A stretch of DNA of 64,000 nt. Source: the human T2T-CHM13v2.0 reference genome, Homo sapiens. The translations under genes and the position numbers were made by a program. The notes beneath the pieces were generated by a model that was not told where the DNA came from, did not search any database, and worked only from the letters and a program-made list of their open reading frames with translations. The stretch lies in the NCBI RefSeq assembly GCF_009914755.1, contig NC_060946.1, one strand, 5' to 3'. The stretch's first letter is position 1, and each line of letters begins with the position of its first letter. Of the stretch, positions 1 through 10,150 are shown piece by piece.

Positions 1-247
1 AATTCCACTCCTGTCCACTCCATTCCATTCCATTCTATACATTTCCACTCCATTCCACTCCACTCCTCTCCATTCCATTCCATCCCATTCCATTCCACTC
101 CATTCCACTCCACTCCCCTATACTCCACTCCACAGCAGTCCATTCCACTCCATTGCATTCCATTCCATTACAATCCATACCATTCCGTTCCACTAAACTC
201 CAGTCAATTCCACTCCACTCCACTCCACTGCACTCCATTCCATTTCA

Positions 248-320
248 TTCCATTCTAAATCCATTCCAATATATTCCATTCTAAATCTATTCCATTATAT
301 TCCATTCTAAATCCATTCCA
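248..320 (+). repeat. 26-bp tandem repeat (~3 copies) of the pre-Alu CATTCTAAATCC motif
   Basis: CTAAAT at 255, 281 and 307, each separated by ...ATATTCCATT. Confidence 0.8.
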
Positions 321-337
321 TTCACTTCCTTTCTTTC

Positions 338-392
338 AACAGGATCTCACTGTCTCACCCTTGCTTTAGTGCAGTGCGCAATCTCAGCTCAC
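338..392 (-). mobile_element. Truncated Alu 3'-end fragment (55 bp), copy 1, embedded in satellite unit
   Basis: AACAGGATCTCACTGTCTCACCCTTGCTTTAGTGCAGTGCGCAATCTCAGCTCAC matches the antisense Alu consensus GACAGGGTCTCGCTCTGTCGCCCAGGCTGGAGTGCAGTGGCGCGATCTCGGCTCAC. Confidence 0.88.
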
Positions 393-460
393 GTTTCAAT
401 TCACCATTCCATTCGATTATGTTCCATTGCATTTCATTGCACTCCACTCCACTACCCTCC

Positions 461-600
461 ATTCAATTCCTTTCCTTCCCATTCCATTCCACTCCACTCC
501 ATTCTACTCCACTCCACTTCATTCAATTCCATTCCTTCCCATTCCATTCCACTCCACTCCATTCTACTCCACTCCACGCCATTCATTTCCATTCTATCCC
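461..600 (+). repeat. 60-bp local tandem duplication
   Basis: 481-540 and 541-600 start with an identical 37-bp stretch; 461-480 matches 521-540 except for one base. Confidence 0.75.
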
Positions 601-1284
601 TCTTCATTCCACTCCATTCCACTCCACTCCACTCCATTTCACCTCATTCCATTCGATTCCATTAAATTCCTTTCCATTCCATTTCATTTGAATTCATTCA
701 TTTCCGTTCGATTCCAATCCATTCGATTCCATTCCATTCCCTTCAATTCCATTCCATTGCATTCCATTCCATTCCACTCCATTCCATTTCGTTCTATTCC
801 ATTCCACTCCACTACACTATACTCCATTCCACTCCACTCCATTCCACAGCACTACCATCCATTCCACTCAAATCCACTCCACTCCACTCCTCTCCTTTCC
901 ATTCCATTCCATTCTACACATTTCCACTCCACTCCACTCCAGTCCACTCCATTCCACACCACTCCATTCCACTCCATTTCACTGCACTCTTATCAACTCC
1001 ACTCAACTGCCCTCCACTCCACTCCTCTCCATTCCATTCCATTTCTTTCTACACCTTTCCACTCCACTCGACTCCACTCTACTCTGTTCCATTCCATCCC
1101 ATTCCATTCCACTGGATTCCACTCCACTCCACGCCACTCCACTCCACTCCATTCAATTCCATTTCATAACTATCCAAACCAATCCATTCCACTCCACACC
1201 AATCCACTCCACGCCACTCCACTCCAACCCACTCCATTCCATTACATTCAATTCTAAATCCTTTCTATTCCATTCCTTTCTTTT

Positions 1285-1339
1285 GACACAATCTCACTGT
1301 GTCACCTAGGTTGGAATGCAGTGCACAATCTGAGCTCAC
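1285..1339 (-). mobile_element. Truncated Alu 3'-end fragment, copy 2
   Basis: GACACAATCTCACTGTGTCACCTAGGTTGGAATGCAGTGCACAATCTGAGCTCAC; the ORF track shows the Alu-typical peptide SPRLECS. Confidence 0.9.
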
Positions 1340-2046
1340 ATTCCATTTCACCATTCCATGCCATTCCATTCCATTGCATTCCATTCCACTCCACTCCACT
1401 CCATTCAATTCCATTCCTTCCCAGTCCATTCCACTCCACTCCATTCCACTCCACTGCACTCTACTTCATTCAATTCCATTCCACCCCATTCTTTTTGACT
1501 CCATTCCACTCCACTCCACTTCACCACATTTCATTCGAATCCATTCAATGCCATTCGATTCCATTCCATTCGATTCCATTCGATTCCATTCCATTCGATT
1601 CAATTCCATTCCATCCCTTTGAGTTATGTTCCATACGATTCCATTCCATTCCATTACCTTCCATTACATTCCACTCCATTCCACTCCACTCCCTTCCACT
1701 CCACTCCGCTCCATTCCAGTCCATTCCAATCCACTCCACTTCATCTCACTCCATTCCATTCAATGCCATTCCACTCCATTGCATTATATTCCACTCCATT
1801 TCATTCTACTCCACTCTACTCCATTCCACTCCAATCCAATCCACTCCAATCCACTCCACTCCAGTCCACTCCATTCCATCCCATTCCAGTCCATTGCACT
1901 CCATTCCATTACATTCCACTCCACTCATTGCATTCCACTCCATTCAACTCCGCTGAACTCCACTCCACTCCAATCCACTCCATTCCATTCCAAATCCATT
2001 CCATTCCCTTCCATTCTAAATCCATTCCATTCATTTCCTTTCTTTT

Positions 2047-2101
2047 GAAAGGATCTCACTCTGTCACTCAGGCTGGAGTGCAGTGCACAATCTCACCTCA
2101 C
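2047..2101 (-). mobile_element. Truncated Alu 3'-end fragment, copy 3
   Basis: GAAAGGATCTCACTCTGTCACTCAGGCTGGAGTGCAGTGCACAATCTCACCTCAC; Alu-typical peptide SHSVTQAGVQ. Confidence 0.93.
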
Positions 2102-3397
2102 ATTTGATTTCTCCATTCCATTCCATTCCATTCCATTCCATTCCATTGTATTCCATTCTACTCCACTCCACTCCACTCTGTTCAATTCCATTCCTTCCCA
2201 GTCCATTCCGCTCCACTCCATTCCACTCCACTGCACTCTTCTTCATTCAATTCCATTCCACCCCATTCTTTTTGACTCCATTCCACTCCACTCCACTTCA
2301 CCACATTTCATTCGAATCCATTCAATGCCGTTTGATTCCATTCCATTCGATTCCATTCCATTCGATTCGATTCCATTCCATTCGATTCCATTCCATTCCA
2401 TTCCATTGAATTCTGTTCCATACGATTCCATTCCATTCCATTCCCTTCCATTACATTCCACTCCACTCCACTCCATTCCAGTCCATTCCACTCCACTCCA
2501 CTCCATCTCACTCCATTCCATTCAATTCCATTCCACTCCATTCTATTATATTTCACTCCATTTCATTCTACTCCACTCTACTCCATTCCACTCCATTCTA
2601 TTATATTCCACTCCATTTCATTCTACTCCACTCTACTCCATTCCACTCCAATCCACTCCACTCCATTCCACTCCACTCCAGTCCACTCCATTCCAGTCCT
2701 TTCCAATGCATTCCACTCCATTCCACTCCACTTCATTCCATTCCATTCCATTCCCTTCTATTCCATTGGATTCCATTCCATCCCATTGCAATCCAAGCCA
2801 CTCCACTCCACTCCATTCCATTCCACTCCATTCCCCTACACTCCAGTCCACTCCACTCCACTCTCCTCCACTCCACAACATTGCATTCCATTCCACACCA
2901 TAAGACTCCACTCCACTCCATTCCACTCCACTCCATTCCATTCCATTCCACTACAGTCCATTGCATTCCACTCCAGTTAATTTCATCCCCTCCAGTCCAT
3001 TCCACTCCACTCCATTCCATTCCACTGCACTCCATTCCATTCCACGTCACTTCACTCCACTGCACTCCACTCCACTCCATTCTATTCCTCCCCAAACCAT
3101 TCCATTCCATTCCACTCCACTCAACTCCACTCCACTCCTTTCCAATCCATTCTATTCTACACCTTTCCACTCCACACCACTACACCCTACTCCTTTCCAT
3201 TCCATCCCATTCCATTCCACTCCATTCCACTCCATTCCACTCCACTTCATCCCACTCCACTCCACTCCACTCCATTCTATTCTGTAACAATACATTTCAC
3301 TCCATTTTACTCCACTCCACTCCACGCCATTCCACTCCCCTTCACTACCTTCCGTTACATTCCATTCTAAATCCATTCCATTCCATTCCTTTGTTTC

Positions 3398-3452
3398 GAA
3401 AGGATCTCACTCTTTCACCCAGGCTGGAGTGCAGTGCACAATCTCAGCTCAC
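3398..3452 (-). mobile_element. Truncated Alu 3'-end fragment, copy 4
   Basis: GAAAGGATCTCACTCTTTCACCCAGGCTGGAGTGCAGTGCACAATCTCAGCTCAC. Confidence 0.94.
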
Positions 3453-4030
3453 CTTTCATTTCACCATTCCATTCCATTAAATTCCATTCCACTCCATTCC
3501 ACTCCATTCCACTCCACTCCACTCCATTCCAATCCGTTCAAATCCATTCCTTCCCATTCCTTTCCATTCCAATACATTCGACTCCTCTCCACTCCATTCA
3601 ATTCCATTCCACCCCATTCCATTCCACTCCAGTACATTTCATCGCAATCCATTCGATTCCATTCAATGCCACTCGATTACATTCGAATCGATTCCCTTTG
3701 ATTCCATTCAATTTCATTTTTTCCATTTGATTTCATTCTATTCCATTCGATTCCACTCGATTCCATTTGATTTGATTCGATTCAATTCTAAACCATTTGA
3801 TTCCATTTGATTCCATTCCATTCCATTCCATTCCATTCCATTCCATTCCATTCCACTCCACTCATTTCTACTCCACTCCACTCAATTCCATTCCTTCCCA
3901 TTCCATTCCACTCCACTCCATTCCACTCCACTGCACTGCACTGCCCTGCACTGAATGCAATTTCATTCCACCACACTTCATTCCAATCCTTTCCACTCCA
4001 CTCCACTCCTTTTCACCACATTCCATTTGA

Positions 4031-4090
4031 TTCAATTCCATGCCATTTGATTCAATTCCATGCCATTTGATTCAATTCCATGCCATTTGA
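4031..4090 (+). repeat. Perfect 20-bp minisatellite x3 (TTCAATTCCATGCCATTTGA)
   Basis: Three exact consecutive copies at 4031, 4051 and 4071. Confidence 0.92.
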
Positions 4091-4894
4091 TTCCATTTGA
4101 TTCGATTCCATTTGATTTGAGTCGATTCGATTTGATTCGAATCCATTCCATTCCATTCAGTTCCATTCGATTCCATTGCATTCCATTCCCTTCCATTCCA
4201 TTCCACTCCATTCCATTTCACTCCACTCCATTCCATTCCACTCAATTCCACTGCATTCTACTCCATTCCACTTCACCCCATTCCATTCCATTCCACTACA
4301 CTCGATTCCACTCCATTCCACTCCAGTTCATTTCATTCCATTCCATTCCTTTCCACTCCACTCGATTCCACTCCATTCCATTCCATTTTATTCCATACCA
4401 TTTCGTTCCATTCCATTCCATTCCATTCCATTCCATTCCATTCCATTTCATTCCATTCCATTCCTTTCCATTCCATTCCATTTCATTCCATTCCACTCCA
4501 TTCCATTTCATTCCACTCCACTCCATTCCATTTCATTCCATTCCATTCCATTCCATTCCATTCCATTCCATTCCATTTCATTCCATTCCATTCCATTTCA
4601 TTCCATTCCATTCCATTCCATTTCATTCCATTCCATTCCATTCCACTCCACTAATTTCAATTCCATTCCATTCCACTCCACTAAATTCCATTCCACACAA
4701 TTCCACTCCACTCCACTCCACTCCACTCCACTCCACTCCATTCCATTCCATTCCATTCCATTCCATTCCATTCCATTTCATTCCATTCCATTCCATTCCA
4801 TTCCATTCCATTCCATTCCATTCCATTCCATTCCTTTCTAAATCCATTCCATTCCATTCCATTGTAAATCTATTCCATTCCCTTCCTTTCTTTC

Positions 4895-4949
4895 GACAGG
4901 AGCTCACTCTGTCACCCAGGCTGGAGTGCAGTGCACAATCTCAACTGAC
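4895..4949 (-). mobile_element. Truncated Alu 3'-end fragment, copy 5
   Basis: GACAGGAGCTCACTCTGTCACCCAGGCTGGAGTGCAGTGCACAATCTCAACTGAC. Confidence 0.94.
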
Positions 4950-5666
4950 ATTTTATTTCACCATTCCATTCCATTCCATTGTATCGCATTACATTCCACT
5001 CCACTCCACACCATTCAATTCCATTCCACCCCAGTCCATTCCACCGCATTCCATGACACTCCTCTCCAGTTCACCACTGTCCTTTCGATTCCATTCGATA
5101 TCATTTGATTCCATTCCATTCGATACCTTTCCATTCCACTCAATTACATTTGATTCCCTTTGATTCCAATCCATTCGTTTTCCTTGCATTCCATTCCATT
5201 CCCTTCCACTTCATTCCATTACATTCCATTACAATCCATTCCATTCCATTCCACTCCATACCATTCCACTCCACTCCATTCCACTCCACTCTACTCCATT
5301 CCACTCCAATACATTCCATTCCACTCACATCCATTACATTCTACTCTAGTGAATTCGACTCCACTCCAGTCCATTCCACTCCATTTCACTCTACTCCACT
5401 CCATTCCATTCTACTCCCCTCCACTCCATTCCATTCCACTCCACTCAACTCCCCTTCCCTCCCCTCTGCCCCATACCACTCCATTCCATTCTGCACCTTT
5501 CTACTCCACTTCACTCCATTCCACTCCACCCCACTTCACTCCACTCAACTCCATTCCATTCCATTCCATAACAATCCACACCACTCCATTCCACTCCACT
5601 CCACTCCATGACAGTAAATTCCCTTACATTCCATTCTAAATCCATTCCATTCCCTTCCTTTCTTTC

Positions 5667-5721
5667 TTCAGGATCTCACTCTGTCACCCAGTATGTAGTG
5701 CAGTGCAGATTCTCAGCTCAT
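5667..5721 (-). mobile_element. Truncated Alu 3'-end fragment, copy 6
   Basis: Contains TTCAGGATCTCACTCTGTCACCCAGTATGTAGTGCAGTGCAGATTCTCAGCTCAT. Confidence 0.9.
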
Positions 5722-6338
5722 ATTTCATTTCACCATTCCATTCCATTGCATTCCATTCCACTTCACTCCACTCCACTCCGTTCAATTCCATTCCTTCCCA
5801 TTCCATTCCATTCCACGCCACTCCACTCCATTCAAGTCCATTCCACCCCATTGCTTTCCACTGCATTCCACTACACTACACTCCACTTCATCACATTCCA
5901 TTCGATTTCATTCTACACCATTCGAATCTTTCGATTTCATTCCATTCGATTCCATTAGATTCCATTTTTTTTCATTCAATGCCATTTGATTCCATTCGAT
6001 TCCATTCCATTACCTTCGATTCAATTTGATTCGAGTTGTTTCGATTTGTTTTGATTCAATTAGATTCCATTTGATTCCATTTGTTTCCATTCCATTACAT
6101 TCCATCACATTCCACTGCATTCCATTACTTTCCACTGCATTCCATTCCTCTCCACTCAAATCCATTCCACTACACTCCATTCCGTTCCATTCCACTCCAC
6201 TCCATTTCACTCCATTATATTTCATTCCATTCCATTCCACTCCACTCCAGTCCACTCCAATCCATTCCATTACATTCAATTATAAATCCATTCCATTCCA
6301 TTCCATTCTGAATCCATTCCATTCTCTTCCTTTCTTTC

Positions 6339-6393
6339 TACAGGATCTCACTCTGTAACCCAGGCTGGATTGCAGTGCGCAACCTCAGCTCAC
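6339..6393 (-). mobile_element. Truncated Alu 3'-end fragment, copy 7
   Basis: TACAGGATCTCACTCTGTAACCCAGGCTGGATTGCAGTGCGCAACCTCAGCTCAC. Confidence 0.93.
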
Positions 6394-7655
6394 ATTTCAT
6401 TTCCCCATTCCATTTAATTCCATTCCATTGCATTCCATTCCACTCCACTCCACTCTGTTCAATTCCATTCCTTCCCATTCCATTCCATTCCAATCCATTC
6501 CACTCCTCTCCACTCCATTCAATTCCATTCCACCCCATTCCGTTCCACTCCATTCCAAGAAACTCCACTCCATTTCACCGCATTCCATTAGATTCCATTT
6601 GATGCCACTCGATTCCATTTGATTCAATTCCATTCGATTCCTTTCAATTTCATTTTTTCCATTCGATTCAATTCAATTTCTTTCGATTCAATTCAAATCC
6701 TTTCGATTCCATACAATTCGATTCGATTTGAGTAGATTTGATTCAAAACCATTGGATTACATTCTTTTCCATTCGATTCCATTCAATTCCATTTGATTCC
6801 ATTCCATTCGATTCTGTTCCATTCCATTCCACTCCATTCCATTCCATTCCGTTTGATTCCATTCCATTCCATTCCATTCCATTCCATTCCATTCCACTCC
6901 ACTCAATTCTACTACACTCCAATCATTCTCATTCCTTCCCATTCCATTCCACTCCACTCATTTCCACTCCAGTCTACTCCACTCCATTCAATTCCATTCC
7001 CCTCCATTACATTCCAATCCATTCTGCTCCACTAATCTCCGTTTCACCGTATTACATTTGATTCACTTCAATGCCATTTGATTCCATTTTATTCGAATTC
7101 ATTCGTTTCCATTCAATTCCGATCTATTCCATTTGATTAGTTTCGATTCATTTGGAGTCGATTCAATTCAAGTCGATTCAATTCGATTCCATTCCATTCC
7201 ATTCTATTCCATTCCATTCCATTCTATTCCATTCCATTCCATTCCATTCCACTCCATTCCTTTCCACTCCACTCCATTCCATTCCACTCCACTACATTCC
7301 ATTCCTCTCCACTCCACTGCTTTCCACTCTATTACATTCCACCCCATTCCATTCCACTCCACTCCATTCCCTTCATCTCCATTCCACTGCTTTCCACTCC
7401 ATTACACTCCACCACATTCCATTCCATTCCACTCCACTCAATTCCACTCCATTCCATTCATTTTCTTTCCATTCCCTTCCATTCCATTCCATTCCATTCC
7501 ATTCCACTCCATTCCATTCCTCACAATTCCAATTCACTCCACTCCACTCCAATCCACTCCAATCCACTCCACTCCACTTCATTCCATTCGATTCCATTTT
7601 AAATCCAATCCAATAATTTCCATTCTGAGTCCATTCCATTCCCTTCCTTTCTTTC

Positions 7656-7710
7656 GACAGGATCTCACTCTGTCACCCAGGCTGGAGTGTAGTGCACAAA
7701 CTCAAATAAC
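7656..7710 (-). mobile_element. Truncated Alu 3'-end fragment, copy 8
   Basis: GACAGGATCTCACTCTGTCACCCAGGCTGGAGTGTAGTGCACAAACTCAAATAAC. Confidence 0.93.
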
Positions 7711-8090
7711 ATTTTATTTCACGATTCCATTGCATTCCATTCTATTGCATTCCATTCCACTCCACTCCACTCCGTTCAATTCCATTCCTTCCCATTCCAT
7801 TCCACTCCAGTACATTCCACTCCACTCCATTCAATTCCATTCCACCCCAGACCGTTCCACTGCATTCCATGCCACTGCTCTCCACTTCACTGTATACCAT
7901 TTGATTAAATTCGATGTCATTTGGTTCCATTCCATTCGACTCCATTCCATTCCACATGATTCCATTTGATTCCAGTCCATTCATTTCCCTTCTCTTCCCT
8001 TCTATTCCATTCCAATCCATTCCATTCCATTCTATTAGATTCCATTTCAATCCATTCCATTCCATTCCCTTCCATTCCTTTCCATTACAT

Positions 8091-10150
8091 TCCATTCCTC
8101 TCCATTCCATTTCATTCTGTTCCTTTCCATTCGGGTTCATTCCATTCCATTCCATTCGAATCCATTCCATTTCATTCCATTCCATTGCACTCGCATTGAT
8201 TCCATTCCATTGCTTTCCATTCGAGTCCATTCCATTTCATTCGAGTCCATTCCGTTCCCTTCCATTCCATTCAAGGCCACTTCATTCCATTTTATTCCTT
8301 TCCATTCCATTCTTTTCGGGTCCATTCAATTCAAATTCATTCCATTCCTTTCCATTCCATTACATTCCAAAATTCGAATCCATTCCAATCCATTCCATTA
8401 ACTCGAGTAATTTCCATTCCATTCCAGTCCATTCAATTCCATTCCATTCCTTTCCATTCCATTAAAGTCCATTCAATTTCATTCCATTCATTTCCATTCC
8501 ATTCCATTACTTTACAGTCCATTCCATTCCATTTGATTCCATTCGTGTCCATTCCATTCCATTCCATTCCACTCCATTCCATTCCATTCAATTCGAGTCC
8601 ATTCCTTTCCATTCAATTCCAATCGTGTCCATGCTATTCCATTCCACTTGAGTTCATTCCATTCTATTCCATTCCATTCCATTCGAGTCCATTCCATTCC
8701 ATTTCATTCGAGTCATTTCCATTCCATTCCATTCCATTCTCTTCCTGTCGAGTGCATTCCATTGCATTGCATTCCAGTTGAGTGCATTCCATTCCATTCG
8801 ACTCCATTCCATTCCATTCCAATGCATTCCATTCCATTCCATTTCATTCCATTCCATTGCACTCGCATTGATTCCATTCCATTGCTTTCCATTCGAGTCC
8901 ATTCCATTTCATTCGAGTCCATTCCGTTCCCTTCCATTCCATTCAAGGCCACTTCATTCCATTTTATTCCTTTCCATTCCATTCTTTTCGGGTCCATTCA
9001 ATTCAAATTCATTCCATTCCTTTCCATTCCATTACATTCCAAAATTCGAATCCATTCCAATCCATTCCATTAACTCGAGTAATTTCCATTCCATTCCAGT
9101 CCATTCAATTCCATTCCATTCCTTTCCATTCCATTAAAGTCCATTCAATTTCATTCCATTCATTTCCATTCCATTCCATTACTTTACAGTCCATTCCATT
9201 CCATTTGATTCCATTCGTGTCAATTCCATTCCATTCCATTCCACTCCATTCCATTCCATTCAATTCGAGTCCATTCCTTTCCATTCAATTCCAATCGTGT
9301 CCATGCTATTCCATTCCACTTGAGTTCATTCCATTCTATTCCATTCCATTCCATTCGAGTCCATTCCATTCCATTTCATTCGAGTCATTTCCATTCCATT
9401 CCATTCCATTCTCTTCCTGTCGAGTGCATTCCATTGCATTGCATTCCATTTGAGTGCATTCCATTCCATTCGACTACATTCCATTCCATTCCAATGCATT
9501 CCATTCCATTTTATTCCATTGCATTCCATTCCATTCTATTCTATTCCTGTCGAGTGCATTCCACTGCATTGCATTCCATTCGAGTGCATTCCATTCCATT
9601 CGACTCCATTCCATTCCATTCCAATGCATTCCATTCCATTCCATTCCATTCCATTCCTCTCCATTCCATTCCATTCCATTCTGTTCCATTCCATTCGGGT
9701 CAATTCCTTTCCATTCCATTCCATTCCATCCCTCTCCATTCCATTCTGTTCCATTCCATTCGGGTCCATTCCATTCCATTGCACTCGAGTTGATTCCAAT
9801 CCATTCCATTCCATTAGAGTCCATTCCATTCCATTCCATTCCATTCGAGGCCACTTCATTCCATTCCATTCCATTCTTTTCGGGTCCATTGAATTCAATT
9901 ATTTTCCATTCCATTCCATTCCATTTCATTCCATTCCATTCGAGTCCATTTCATTCCTTTCCTCTCCATTCCATTCCATTCCATTCTGTTCCATTCCATT
10001 CGGGTCAATTCCATTCCATTCCATTCGAATCCATTCCACTCCATTCCATTCCATTCCACTTGAGTTGATTCCATTCCATTCCATTCCATTCCATTCGAGT
10101 CCATTCAATTTCATTTGAGTCCATTCCTTTCCATTCCATTCCATTCCATT
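8091..10150 (+). repeat. Junction satellite block with distinct motif set
   Basis: Recurrent CCTCTCC...CTGTTCC...TTCGGGTC, GCACTCG, AGGCCACTTC, CCTGTCGAGTGC and CACTTGAGTT motifs. It has no Alu fragment and no GAATAAA landmark. Confidence 0.75.
8161..9504 (+). repeat. Near-perfect 672-bp tandem duplication (8161-8832 / 8833-9504)
   Basis: Seven anchors share offset 672: 8187/8859, 8271/8943, 8371/9043, 8401/9073, 8511/9183, 8621/9293 and 8741/9413. Only about 3 substitutions seen. Confidence 0.95.

Larger units (their letters stand above)
1..8090 (+). repeat. CACTC-rich (GGAAT/GGAGT mixed) satellite III subfamily domain with embedded Alu fragments, ~0.7-0.8 kb basic unit
   Basis: Abundant CACTC pentamers. 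Recurring unit order: CATTCTAAATCC...CCTTTCTTTC, then the Alu fragment, then ATTTCATTTCACC...TTCAATTCCATTCCTTCCC...CCACCCCATT. Alu anchors at 344, 1291, 2053, 3404, 4901, 5673, 6345 and 7662. Homology to the unit following 4895 continues to about 8090. Confidence 0.9.

Noticed and set aside
5673-6345. 672-bp spacing between Alu copies 6 and 7 equals the 672-bp duplication length at 8161
   Set aside because: The sequences are from different motif families, so this is treated as coincidence.
338-7710. Independent or active Alu insertions, or an Alu Pol III transcription unit
   Set aside because: Only ~55 bp of the 3' end is present, with no A/B boxes, intact poly(A) tail or TSDs. Identical breakpoints indicate passive amplification.
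1299-7969. Non-repetitive peptide segments such as LSPRLECSAQ and SHSVTQAGVQ
   Set aside because: These are the well-known translations of antisense Alu sequence, not gene fragments.
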